Positions 21,601 through 32,897 of a stretch of 64,000 nucleotides of DNA are shown here, in pieces. The translations under genes and the position numbers were made by a program. Within the stretch, counting starts at the first letter, position 1. Every line of letters starts with the position of its first letter. The stretch is from Thecamonas trahens ATCC 50062 (taxonomy: Eukaryota; Protista; Apusomonadida), in contig NW_013657625.1 in NCBI RefSeq assembly GCF_000142905.1, positions 35,690 through 99,689 of the forward strand, read 5' to 3'. The notes beneath the pieces are model-generated. The model made no database searches. It saw nothing but the letters and a program-made list of their open reading frames with translations, and was not told the origin of the DNA.

Positions 21601-22119
21601 AGTGTGACGCCGCTGGCTGCGTCGCTTGCGCCGCGACGACGACTTGAAGCCACTGCTGCCTGTCGACGGCGACCTGCGGCGCTTGCGCTTTCGCCGCGCC
21701 CGCGGCTCGGCCCTGGCCACTGGCTCATCGTCGTCGTCGTCGGCGAGCAGGAACCCGTAGCTCTTGTTCTTCTCCACCAGCGTCCGCGACACGCTCTCGT
21801 TCGCCCGAACTGCATCGGCCACGGCCGCAGTCGTCACGCGACCAAGTGCATCGACCCCGGCATGCACAGTCCGCGTTCCGCTAGCCACTGCGCCGCCCGT
21901 CTGCGAGCCGCCCTGCATCTGCGCCCACAGCGCGTCGACAAAAGCCGCCGTGGCCGGTCCCGGCGGCAGCTCGCACGCCGAAATCTTGCGCTCCAGCTCC
22001 GGCTTGGACTTGGCCGCCGCTGCCAGCGCCGCCACATACTCTTCCAGATACGCTTCCGAGAAGCCGAGCAACTTGAAGAGCGAGTCCGAAACAAAGGTCT
22101 TCAACGCTGAAGACGCCAT
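18682..22119 (-). CDS. DHX16: Pre-mRNA splicing DEAH-box helicase DHX16/Prp2
   Basis: GETGSGKTTQLPQYL, TQPRRVAAMSVA, DEAHER, SATL, QRAGRAGR, SRRSYLEMRE; PWI-like N-terminus. ATG at 22119 (MASSALK). Confidence 0.93.
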   Translation of the reverse strand: MASSALKTFVSDSLFKLLGFSEAYLEEYVAALAAAAKSKPELERKISACELPPGPATAAFVDALWAQMQGGSQTGGAVASGTRTVHAGVDALGRVTTAAVADAVRANESVSRTLVEKNKSYGFLLADDDDDEPVARAEPRARRKRKRRRSPSTGSSGFKSSSRRKRRSQRRHTRTVVSGVAAESGGGGGSSSSSSSGSGGSSSSSGSSSAASEPTAKRAHGLVGSGGDKYDADAAEAAHEAALAAKEAARAQDEAERDALAERIRQRDEARTRKIGEAAAAAQRREEAERRRKMDADERRKLLDELRKISRRSYLEMREDRQLDELEASLRDEEMMFSKGELTADELAEYEIKKQLLELAKRKKALEAATLSYVMPKAYVTDEGKVDLKSKAELLKARYVEPSEAAGKVTSKDGFSEQQAWEELQIAKAAAAGGNGGPGAPRGTEKKYELLVEEEDYIEFVVDAGDARLAGEGEVPEPPSAAETHAKAHASLQEVRRSLPVYKFRDAFLDAVDKHKVVVLTGETGSGKTTQLPQYLHEHGYTRGGKMIGCTQPRRVAAMSVAARVAEEAGVTLGREVGYSIRFEDCTSDATVIKYMTDGMLLREFMSSPDLGAYSVMIIDEAHERTLGTDILFGLIKDIARYRDDIRIVIASATLDAEKFSDYFDMAPIFAIPGRRYPVDLYYTKAPEADYLDAAVMTVLQIHKSQPAGDVLVFLTGQAEIETAQAALEERGRSAGSTMGELIIAPIYANLPAELQANIFAPTPKGARKVVLATNIAETSVTIDGIRYVVDPGFCKQKSFNPRSGMESLVVTPVSQAGARQRAGRAGRVAPGKCFRLFTAWAFENELEPNNIPEIQRTNLGNVVLMLKSLGIDDLIHFDFMDPPPVEAITKALEQLYALGALNDRGQLTKLGRRMAEFPLDPQLAKAIIAGAEYGVVSELVTIAAMLSSGNAVFFRPKDKILHADAAHKAFHKDGGDHLMLLAVYNEWAAAGYSKNWCKESFVQYRTMCRARDIRDQLLHLLDRVEIPLNEVETGDEVAIRKAVTAGFFFNTARLSRTGGSYKTVKHQLGVSIHPQSCLNEKLPRWVVYFELVFTSREFMRQVIEIDPGWLTQVAPHYYKPSDVAEGERAARKMPNAKARARAQA

Positions 22120-22466
22120 GGTCTCTGTCAGTCTGCCGAGTCGCAACAAGGGCGCGAGAAACGGATGATATTGGCTTCAGGGGTGGAGTGGGCTTAGGGC
22201 GTTGGGGAAGAGGTTTCGACTGGGCGGTGGCAAGGTGGGGTGGTGGGGTGGGGTAGAGGCAAGGTGTAAGGAGGGGGGGATTTGAGCGGTGAGGAGGTGG
22301 CGAGAGTGTGTCGGGCGGTGATCCGATCGAGATCGATCAGCCTGGCGGTCAAAAGCGTTCGCGATCACCCCGCGCACCCCCTCCCTCCCCCCCCCCCCCC
22401 CCGCCCTCACCACCACCACTACGGCAGCACTCTGGTATTCTTTCTGCTCACTGCTCTCTAGCCAGT

Positions 22467-25400
22467 ATGAGGTATTTGCTAGCGGTAGTAGCTGCGTGCC
22501 TGCTGGCCGCTGTGGTGGTCGAGGCCCAGGTCCGCGTGGCCATGCGTCCGCGGTGGGCGCCGACGTCAGTGCTTCAGGAAGCAAGGTAGGTGAGGAGAAG
22601 CCGAGCGGGGGGCCAAGTCGAAGAGCAGGCATGGAGACCCCCCCCTTCCCCCTCCAGCCCCCCCCCCCCCCCACTCGAACTCACCTGGATATGACGCAGT
22701 GAGTTTGCGAGGACGTGGGGCGAGCCGGGCCTGGCCTTTGTCGACGCGGTCGCCAACCATTGCCCCAAGTGCGCGCATGTGGTGACGGATGTGCAGGTGG
22801 TGGAGGCGCTGTCAGCGTCCGAGGCGTACGGACTGGCAGGACGAGCAGATCTGCTGCGGATGGCGCTCAATGTGGGCGCCCATGCGCCTGCTGTTGAGGC
22901 CGCTCGCCAAGTGGCGGCACTGTTGGCTGATGAGGCCTGCTCCTCGGTCTCAGACGGCCTCATCTTGGTGGCCGGCGAGAAGGTCTTCTGCTCCGAGGCT
23001 GCCATTGATACCGGCCTGGCCGATGGAAGTTTGGTTGCTGCCGCTGGAGCGGGCGGGCTGGAGGAGCTGCCGATGATCCGCGACGCGCTTGCAGCCGAGC
23101 TCCTCGCTGTGGCTGCCGGCACTGCACCGAAGGCTATCATGTTTGGTGTCCTCGGCACACGGACGGTCTCGCGAGTCTGGCTCGAGCTTCGGCTAGCACT
23201 GGGTGACGAGCTGGCGTTTGGCCACGGCGTGGCGAGTGGAGGCCAGGAGCCATCCCGGCTCGCGGGTTACGGCGTCGAGCTTGCCATCAAGTCAACCGAG
23301 TACAAGGTGGTTGACGACTCGAGTGACGAGGAGAACGATGAGGGCGAGACAGTTGACGCCGACGCGCCGCTGCCGTCGCTTCCAGGGCTGGATGTGACCA
23401 AGCTCGTGGAGCGCATGCCGGACGAGGAGGCCGCACTGCGGGCCGCGGGCGTAGCGTTCGGCAACGCTGCCGAAATCAAGCCGCTCAAGAAGTGGCAGCT
23501 TCGCGATCTTGGGTTCAAAGCTGCGCAGGCTGTTGTCGACGCCAGTGACCCGCTTGCCGAACTTGCCCGCATTTCGCAGAACCTTCCGTCGCTGGCCTCG
23601 TGGCTGGCGCGGAAGAAGAACTCGGCGGCGGGGCTACACAGGGAAGTTCGCGAGACGGCGGCAGTTGCCGGTGCCGGGTCCACGGCACTGGTGGTCAACG
23701 GGCGGGTGGTCGACGTTTCCAGCACCTCGATCTTCCAGCTCTACACCCTTGTTGGCGAGGAGCTTGTGCTCGCCGACAAGCTGAGGAGCCTTGGTCTCGC
23801 GCCCGAGCACGTGGCCGCGGTGGCATCGGCAGCGTCACCGAACCAGGGGGCTAGCGGCGACTCTGTTCGTGTTGCTGTCACGGAAGTCAAGCACATTGCA
23901 TACCTCAACAACCTTGCACGCGACGAGCAGTACGCCTCGTGGCCAGCTTCGATTGCGGTCATCACTCAGCCGACGTACGGCTTTCACCGGGTCCGCCGCA
24001 ACGTAGTCACCCTGCTCTACGTCATGGACCCAAGCAGCCCAGCCAGCCTAGGTGTAGTCTTCCAGCTCATGCAGTTCCACTCGGGTGACGCACCGCTGCG
24101 GTTTGGGCTTGTCCTTCGGCCAGGTCCGTCGGATCTGAGCTCGCGCCTTGTCCGTGGCCTGCTGCATGTGCGGGGCGAGGGCGGGTCGGCCCTTATGTGG
24201 CAGGTTCTCGGCGGCGTGGCCATGCGCGCGCGTGGCGGCGTGCCGCTCGAGGAGCACTTTGACGCTGCCCTGAGCGCAGTCGCCAACTGGGACGGGCCCA
24301 TCACCCTTGCGGACATCCTCGCATCCGAGGCGGGCGACGAGCTCGCCGACGAGCTTGCCGAGCTTGCGGCCTACCACGCCAGCATCAACATTCCGGCAAA
24401 CACCTTTGTCATCAACTCGCGGGTGGTGCCCAACGAGGGCGCGCTGCAGAGTGTGGTAGCCTCGGCGCTTCGCGACGAGCTGACCCGGCTGGCGGCTCTG
24501 GTTGTGGCCGGCAAGGTCAACGACAAGGTCAACGTCTTCAAGTACGTCAACACCGAGCCGGACGTGCTCTCGTCATACTCGCGGCTGGCAGTGCCGTCTG
24601 CCGATGCGCCACTCCGTGTCGTTGCGCTGGATCCGTCCAAGGTGGGCCTCGCCATCGGTGCGTGGCACGGTGCCGAGGCGGCGCCGGTCTCGATCTTGGT
24701 CGTGGCTCGCGACGACGGCAGTGCGCAGTGTGTTGTCGACAAGCTTGCAGCTTATGCGGTATCCGAGCTTGCCCACTCGGGCAAGTTCCGGTACGCTCGG
24801 CTTGGTGTGGAGGCATGGGCGAGTGCGGCAGGTGACGGTGATGATGCCGAGCTCGTTGTGGTTGTCAACGGGCGGGTCATTGCTATGGCGGCGAGCACGG
24901 CGTGCGACGAGCTTGCGCTCGGCGATCTCGAGCTGATGGTCAAGCTGGAGATGGAGAGCCGGGTCGGGCTCCTGCTGGAGGGCGAGGCGGAGCTTGCGAG
25001 CGCGGGCCTGCGCGGGCGCAACAAGGCCGACGTGCTGATGTACGCCTCGTCGCTGGTGTTTGCGTCGGCGCGCGCTGCGGACGAGGCCCGTCCGGTTGGT
25101 GCTATCCGCTCGCTGGAAAGGGCGGCTGGCGGCGTGGTTGTTGGACCGGAGGCCGGGGCCACCATCCGTGCGATTGCCGTGGTCAACCCGCTCTCGGAGG
25201 CTGCGCAAGAGCTAGCACCGGTCCTCGCCCTCTTGCGCGAGTCTGTGGGCGCGCGTGTAGTGGTGAGGCTCAACCCAGATCCTGCTCTCAGCGAGCTCCC
25301 GCTCAAACGGTTCTACCGGGCAGCGCTTGCGCCGGCGCTTGTGTTTGATGGCCAAGGAGCGCGGCAGCAAGCTCAGGCGGTCTTCTCGGGTCTTCCGACG

Positions 25401-26888
25401 CAGTTCCTCCTCACGCTTGGGGTCTCGACACCGGACGCGTGGCTTGTGCAGCCTGTGGCAGCCAAGCACGATCTCGACAACCTCCAGCTCGGGGCGCTGC
25501 GGCGCGGCGACGAGGTGGCCGCCGAGTTTGAGCTCTCGGAGCTCCTTGTGGAAGGCCGGGCGTACCAGGTGGCGCCTGTGGGTCCACCGACAGGCCTCGA
25601 GCTTGTGCTGGGCACTCCGCGTGAGGCTGTGGTGGAGGATACGCTGGTGATGGCGAATCTGGGCTACTTTCAGCTCAAGGCACAGCCTGGGGTCTGGCAG
25701 CTGCAGCTCAAGCCTGAACGGCCATCGTCCGAGATGTACTCGATGCTCAACACGACCGACTACGGGCTGCTCAAGGAGCGGAGCAAGGCCGAGTTTGACG
25801 AGCTTGTGGACGAAGCGCGGCTGGCCGACGGGACCGGCCGGGTTGTGGCCGTCACCTCGTTTGACGGCGCGTCAGTGACCATGTTGGTGGCCAAGAAGCC
25901 CGGGTACGAGGAGAAGAGCCTGCTTGCTGCTCACGCCGAGGTCGCCGACTCGGGCCTCTCCTCGGTGTGGTCATCACTGACTGGCAGCAGAGGCGGCTCC
26001 AAGTCGGACGTCATCAACGTGTTCTCTGTGGCCTCGGGCCACCTGTACGAGCGGTTCCTGGCGGTGATGATGCGGTCGGTGATGAGCTCGACGCAGAGCA
26101 AGGTCAAGTTCTGGATTCTTCGGCAGTTCCTCTCGCCATCGTTCAAAGAGGCGCTGCCCAAGCTTGCTGCCGATCTTGGCTTTGACTACCAGCTCATTGC
26201 CTACCAGTGGCCGCGGTGGCTCCTGGGCCAGTCCGAGAAGCAGCGGCTCATTTGGGGCTACAAGATCCTGTTCCTCGACGTTCTCTTCCCGCTCGAGGTC
26301 GACCGGCTGGTATTTGTGGACGCCGACCAGACGGTGCGGGCGGACTTGCTTGAGCTCCACACAATGGATCTTGAGGGCAAGCCGTACGGCTTTACGCCTA
26401 TGTGCGAGAGCAACCCGGACACGCAGGGCTTTATGTTCTGGAAGCAGGGCTACTGGTCGTCGCACATGAAGGGCAAGCCGTACGTTATTTCGGCGCTCTT
26501 TGTGGTCGACCTCACCCGCTTCCGCGCCATGTCTGCCGGCGACACGCTGCGGGCGACGTACCAGTCGCTGGCGCGCGACCCCAACTCGCTCTCCAACCTC
26601 GACCAGGACCTGCCCAACTACCTCGCGCCAGGGCAGCTCCCGATGCACTACCTCCCGCAAGAGTGGCTCTACTGTGAGGCGTGGTGCGAGGATGGGACTG
26701 GCAAGCTTCTCGACGCCGCAAAGTCCATCGACCTCTGCAACTCGCCGCTGACCAAGGAGCCCAAGCTCGACATGGCTGGCCGCGTCGTCGCCGAGTGGCA
26801 CGACTTCGACGATGCCAACCGGGCGCTCCTCCGTTCGCCGCCCTCCCCTTCCCCTGGCGATAGCGATGTCCGGCATGACGAACTCTAG
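22467..26888 (+). CDS. UGGT: UDP-glucose:glycoprotein glucosyltransferase (exons 22467-22585 and 22700-26888)
   Basis: Signal peptide MRYLLAVVAACLLAAVVVEA; LAGYGVELAIKSTEYK; GT24 domain INVFSVASGHLYERF, WGYKILFLDVLFP, FVDADQ, NLDQDLPN; C-terminal HDEL. Confidence 0.96.
22586..22699 (+). other. Predicted intron (114 nt)
   Basis: GTAGGT donor, AACTCAC at 22678-22684, CAG acceptor; the join gives LQEASEF in frame with ORF 22779..26888. Confidence 0.85.
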
Positions 26889-27060
26889 TCAAAGTCCAAT
26901 CCAAAAGCCGTACTTGAACCGCATTAGTGTACGCGTGCGTCTGATCTCTGAATGTGTAGCCGTATCGCAGTGATAGTCTCCAGAGGGGGAGAGAGGAGGT
27001 GGGGGGGGGAGGCAGACGCCCTCCACTCACACCTCATCATTCACCACCCCACTCGGAACC

Positions 27061-28166
27061 ATGTCGACTTCTGTTGCCGAGCTGCTCAAGCCGGCCTCCC
27101 GGTTCGACGTCAACTCCCTCCCTGCCATGGAGAAGATTGTCCGCGAGCATGTACGTGAGCTACTTCTACAGCCATTATTTACCACACCACCTACTCTCCT
27201 ATCTACACCCTACACTAGCTCCCTATCCCCTCCCCGTCCCCTACTCCCCTCCCCGTCCCATCCCCCCCCCCCTTACACTGCCTCGGTCTGCTTCGTCGCG
27301 GGATGTTTTCCCTGTCGGCCGGCACTCTCCAGGCCACCCGCTCCCTCTCCCCCTCTCTCAGGAGAGTCAGACTCTTTCAGACACGAACATGGAAGCCACA
27401 TGAGCCTGCCTACGTCCAATGTCCACCCCCACCACCACCGCCACCACCCTCCTTCCCCTTTCTCTCCCCCCTCCACACCCACACAGCACACCCCGCCCCT
27501 TCCACACTCTCCGTCGCTCACACACACACACTCTCTCTCTCTCTCTCTCTCTCTCTTCTCATGGACAACAGGTCGCATCGGGCGAGTACAATGTTGAGCT
27601 CAACCTTGCTGTGCTCAAGCTGTATCAGTTCAACCCGCAAGTACAATGTTGAGCTCAACCTTGCTGTGCTCAAGCTGTATCAGTTCAACCCGCAAGCGAC
27701 CAACGAGGAGATCATCTCGCTGGTGCTGGCCAAGGCCATGATGGCTCTCCCGGCGCCTGACTTTCAGCTTGCTCTGTACCTCATCCCGGAGGCGGCTCTG
27801 ACTGACATGCACCGCTCGCTCGTCGACCTGGCCAACCTGCTCGACACGGCCAAGTTCCGCGCCTTCTGGGACGCCTTTGGCTCGTCGCCGGCCGAGGACC
27901 TGCTCGGCTCGATCGCCGGCTTTGGCGACGCCATCCGTGGCTTTGCGGCATCGGTGGTCTCCTCAACCTTCCAGCTCATCGACCTCTCCGAGCTCGCTGA
28001 CCTCCTCTTCCTCGACCAGGCCGCCGCCGCCGCTTACGCCGAGAAGGCTGGCTGGGCCGTCGACTCGGACAACGCCACCGTCTCCATCCCGCTCAACGAG
28101 TTCAACCAGGCCAAGGCCAAGGAGATCAAGGAGGACATCCGCTTTGAGCAGATCGCCCAGCTCTAA
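27061..28166 (+). CDS. EIF3K: Translation initiation factor 3 subunit K (one intron; frame broken by a 55-bp duplication)
   Basis: Exon 1 MSTSVAELLKPASRFDVNSLPAMEKIVREH; exon 2 VASGEYNVELNLAVLKLYQFNP...LAKAMMALPAPDFQLALYL...FRAFW...IKEDIRFEQI (PCI domain). Confidence 0.9.
27151..27571 (+). other. Predicted intron (421 nt) containing CA and CT microsatellites
   Basis: GTACGT donor, CGCTCAC at 27515-27521, first downstream AG (CAG) ends at 27571. Confidence 0.8.
27586..27695 (+). repeat. Exact 55-bp tandem duplication inside eIF3k exon 2
   Basis: gtacaatgttgagctcaaccttgctgtgctcaagctgtatcagttcaacccgcaa occurs twice (27586-27640, 27641-27695). Confidence 0.95.
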
Positions 28167-28528
28167 TCTGACCTATCCATCGATCAAAACCCCACACACA
28201 ACCAGACCTGCCTTCTGCACACCCACACCATCCACGTCCAAACTGTGGCGAGGAGGGAGAGAGCGAGACGGGGCGGAGGAGGCGGAGGAGGCGGAGAAGG
28301 AGGTGGAAGAAGGGAAAGAAATAGGATCAACATTATTGTCCCCCCCTCACACGCATCCATCGCCCATCTCGCATCCCCATCGCCCATCTCCATCGCCCCC
28401 CCCCCCCCCCCCCCCCCCCCCCTTTGTTCCGCAAACCTCCGGCAAAAAGGGAAACAGATCTTTCCCCCCTCTCCCCATTCCCCCCCAACGGCCAACCGTC
28501 ATTTTCCGGATACAAGCTGGTTTAGAGA

Positions 28529-28862
28529 NNNNNNNNNNNNNNNNNNNNNNNNNNNNNNNNNNNNNNNNNNNNNNNNNNNNNNNNNNNNNNNNNNNNNNNN
28601 NNNNNNNNNNNNNNNNNNNNNNNNNNNNNNNNNNNNNNNNNNNNNNNNNNNNNNNNNNNNNNNNNNNNNNNNNNNNNNNNNNNNNNNNNNNNNNNNNNNN
28701 NNNNNNNNNNNNNNNNNNNNNNNNNNNNNNNNNNNNNNNNNNNNNNNNNNNNNNNNNNNNNNNNNNNNNNNNNNNNNNNNNNNNNNNNNNNNNNNNNNNN
28801 NNNNNNNNNNNNNNNNNNNNNNNNNNNNNNNNNNNNNNNNNNNNNNNNNNNNNNNNNNNNNN
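28529..28862. other. Assembly gap
   Basis: N-run flanked by C-rich tracts. Confidence 1.
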
Positions 28863-29074
28863 TCCCCCCCTTGCCTCCGCCTACACTCCGCCACCAATCG
28901 ATTCAGCTCTTTCTCCTCCTTCCCCCTTCCTCCCCCATCCACCATCCATCCATTTCCAGACACAGGCCACCCCACCCTCACACACCCCACCCTCCACACG
29001 CACACCTCCGGTGCCTTCCCTATCACCTCCCTCATCCTCCCCATCACACGTCTTCCCCACACACAAAGATCACT

Positions 29075-32000
29075 ATGTCTGGAGGTGCCCGTGTCGACTC
29101 GCTCGAGTCGCTGGTGTATGCCATGCGTGCCACGCTCTCGCCCGAAGTGAGTGACAGCGAGCGCAAGGCGGCGACGGCTGCCATCCGCGAGTACCAGTCG
29201 CAGCCCGAGTGCTTTATGGGCTTTGTCTCGGTCGTTTCCAACGCTGAGGACGAAGCGCTGCGGATGCAGGCTGCTGTGCTTCTCCTTCAATCCATGTCGC
29301 ACTGGACCAATCTGGGCCAGGACGACAAGAACTCGGCCAAGGACGCCCTGCTCAACGCCCTCTTCTCCGATCCCATGCCACTTGTCCGCCGCAACCTCGG
29401 CGTGGCTGTCGCTGTCACCGCCCGCCGCGAGCTGACCACTGGCGGATGGGACGCGTTCCTCCCCATCATGCACCAGGCCGCCGAGTCGGACGAGCCGCGC
29501 GCCCGTGAGGTGGCCTTTAGCGTCTTCAAGCGCCTTGTCCGCTTCTTTGGCCTCAACGAGCCGGCCTTCTTCTCGCAGCTCGCCCCGCTCTGGGTCAACG
29601 CCCTCACCGATGCCGGCAGCAACGAGGTCCGCATCGACGCCTTTGCCTCTCTCGCCGCCATGACAGCGTACTTTGAGGAGGAGGGCGACTTTGCCTCGTT
29701 TGAGCCCATCTTCCCGCAGATGCTGCAGACCGTCGTCACCTTTGTCGAGGCCAACGACGAGAGCAAGGCTGTGGTCGCGCTCGGAGTCCTCGAGGACATG
29801 CTGCAGATCACGCCCACCTTTGTGGCCACGCTCTGGCCGCAGCTTGTCCAGTTCAACGTCCAGCTCATCCAGGCCGGCAAGGAGGACATCACCAAGCGTG
29901 CGCTCTCTTCGCTCGCCAAGTACGTGGAGCTCAAGCCGATGCTTCTGCTCAAGCACGAGCTTGTGTCGGACGTTCTCAACGCGGCCTTTACCTGCATCGC
30001 CGAGGAGGAGACCGACATTGACGAGGGCAACTCGATTCCGTCCAACGCCCAGACGCTCGTCGACACCATCTGCCTCCGCATCGGCCCCTCGCACACCTTC
30101 CCGCTCTGCATGGAGGCCGCCTCGCAGTATCTGGCTGACTCGGTCACCTCGCCTCACACCATCCGTGGCGGGCTCATGATTCTTGCCATGTCCGCCGAGG
30201 GCTGCCAGGCGTACATGCGCGAGGAGCTGGAGACCCTGATGAACGCCATGATGCCGCATCTCTCGTCGAGCGCTCCGCTCGTCCGCGACGCCGCACTCAT
30301 GGTCCTCTACCAGTTTGCCGAGCACATGCGCCCGAACATCCACGACTACCACCGGATTGTCATTGCCGGCTCACTCGACGGACTCTCGGAGGATCTCCTC
30401 TCGTCGCGCATGAACGCTGCGCGTGCGCTCAACTCGTTTGTTGTCTTTCTAGAGAATGAGGTGCTTGCTGAGTACCTGGAGAACATCATGTCCGGCTACG
30501 TCGGGACCATTGTGGGAGAGCCCGAGAGCCTCGAGCTCCCGCTCATGTGCGCCTCGCTGACCGGCATCGGCATGCTCGCTGTCTCTGTCGGGCCTGCCTT
30601 TGCGCCGTATTTTGAGCCGACCATGGATCTGATGATCGAGATCATCGGCCTCACCGACAACGACTCGATCAACCTCCGCGCCCGCGCCATCGAGGCCATC
30701 GGCGGTGTGGCCCAAGCGTGCGGCCTCGAGGCCTTTGCGCCGTACCTGGACGCCGTCATGACCAACGCCTTCGAAGGCCTCAAGTTGGAGTTCTGCCGCC
30801 TCCGCGAGCACACGTACTCGTTCTTTGGCCGTGTCGCCACCCTCATGGGCCAGGAGTTTGGCAAGTACGTCGACGACGTTCTTCCCATCCTCTACGCCAT
30901 CTGCAAGGCGCCCGACATGGCCGTCTTTACCGGCGACGTCTTTGTCGACACCGGCGACGACGACTACGACGACGACTTTGAGGTGCCACAGGACGCGCAG
31001 GACGAGAAGGGCTCTGCCGCGTACTGCATCGGGGTCATTGCCACCGCCATGGGCCCGGCCTTTCTGCCGTTTGTGCAAGACTCGTTCTCGGCCCTCGAGA
31101 CGCTGCTGCAGTACGACAACGAGGACGTGCGGGCGTCGGTCGTGACCGCCATGTCCGAGGTTGCCCGCGTCGTCCCGGCTACGCTCGAGTGGAGGTACAG
31201 CGTCGGCCTGCCCATCACCGACAACGTGCCAGAGCCGATCGCCCAGGTCGCCGCCTTTATCGTCCCCAAGTTCCTCCTCCGCATGTTCCACGAGGAGGCC
31301 GTCGAGGTTGTCTCGCGCGCCATGACCTCGTTCGCCTCGCTCACCCGCGCCTTTGGCCCCATCATGTTTGCCAACGAGGACAACTACGAGCTCTTCTCGT
31401 CGATTGCCCGCCTCACTCTTGAGCGCGAGCTCATCTGCCAGCAGCCGCTCGACGAGGACGACTTTGGTGACGACGTCGAGGCCCGCGCCGTCGCCGCCCT
31501 CGTCGCCGAGGACAAGCAGGTCGCCGGTGATGCCCTCTCCGGCCACGGAGCCAACGTCGACGACCTTCTCGACGCCGAGTCACCCATCGACATGGGCACC
31601 ATGGAGACCGACCACCTCGCCGAGGCCCTCGAAGCCGCCTCGGAGGTTCTTGGCGCCGCCTTTGAGCCTTGCTTCAAGGGCCTGCTAGAGGGCCTCGAGT
31701 CGCGCGCCCGCCCGCAGCGCCCGGTCTACGAGCGCTGCACCGCTCTTGGCGTGCTCTCGGCCTCAGCCGCCGCCCTCGGCCCGCGCATCGCCCCGTACCT
31801 CGAGAGCCCTATGCTCCCGCTCTTCCTCGCGGGCTGCAAGGACGAGTCCGAGGATGTCCGCCGCAACGCCGTCTTTGGCCTCGGCCTCATTCTCGAGGTC
31901 ATGGGTTCTCACAATGTGGCCCCCGGCCTCGCCGCCGTTCTCCCGCACGCCCTCGAAGCCATCAACAACGTCTTTGACGCCGGCTACGTCGAGGACGCCG

Positions 32001-32405
32001 CCGCGCCCGACAACGCCGTTGCCGCCCTTGGCCGCCTCATCTCCGCCATGCCTCAGCCGTCTGACCTCCCGCTCTCCGCCCTCATCCCGGCCATGGTCGC
32101 CCACATGCCGCTCACCGCCGACGCCTCGGAGAACCCGGCCGTCTACTCAGCGCTATTTGCTCTCTTCTCAGCCTCGGACGAGGCTGTCTTCGGTGAGCTC
32201 CCCAACCTTATCCGCGTCTTCTCACACGACCTCGCCGCAGTCGGCCCTTCCCGACCACATTGCCTTCCAGCTCGGCCTCCTCCTCAACTCGCTCATCAAC
32301 CACGACCAGATCGGCTCCGAGGTCAGCGCCATGCTCGCCTCGCTCGACGACGACGAGCGCGCAAACCTCATGGGTGTGGTCCAGCAAGCTGTTGCCGCCC
32401 AATGA
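29075..32405 (+). CDS. IPO4: Importin-4/Kap123-like karyopherin beta (apparent frameshift near 32237)
   Basis: IBN_N-like start (ATLSPEVSDSERKAAT, LRMQAAVLL), HEAT repeats, AMSAEGC, LRARAIEAIG, RLREHTYSFF, DEKGSAAYCIG, VRRNAVFGLG, DNAVAALGRL. The helical C-terminus continues in another frame (QSALPDHIAFQLG...AVAAQ*). Confidence 0.85.
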
Positions 32406-32452
32406 GGTCAATCAAACAAACAACACACACACACACACACACACACGCACGC

Positions 32453-32897
32453 ACACGCACAACACGCGCAGCTTTACCTTGCCCGTGACGAGGCCTTGCT
32501 GACGTAGCGATGCAGCCACACACAGACACACACGTCAGCCACTTTTGCGCCAGGGCTACTTGCTCGGGCAACTTGCATGGGCACACCTTTGGTGTCACGC
32601 TATCCTATCCAGAGCCGCTTCCAGAGCCGCTTCCAGAGCACGAGCCCGAACGCGAGCTGGACACGCACAACACGCACAACACGCGCAGCTTTACCTTGCC
32701 CGTGACGAGGCCTTGCTGACGTAGCGATGCAGCCACACACAGACACACACGTCAGCCACTTTTGCGCCAGGGCTACTTGCTCGGGCAACTTGCATGGGCA
32801 CACCTTTGGTGTCACGCTATCCAGAGCCGCTTCCAGAGCCGCTTCCAGAGCCGCTTCCAGAGCCGCTTCCAGAGCACGAGCCCGAACGCGAGCTGGA
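32453..32897. repeat. ~217-bp direct duplication covering the kinase 3' end and downstream sequence, including (CCAGAGCCGCTT)n
   Basis: Near-identical blocks at ~32453-32661 and ~32670-32897; ORFs 32510 and 32727 begin with identical peptides. Confidence 0.9.

Noticed and set aside
32240-32488. C-terminus of ORF 28871..32488 ending in THTHTH...
   Set aside because: Out-of-frame read-through into a CA repeat; the helical importin end lies in the alternative frame stopping at 32405.
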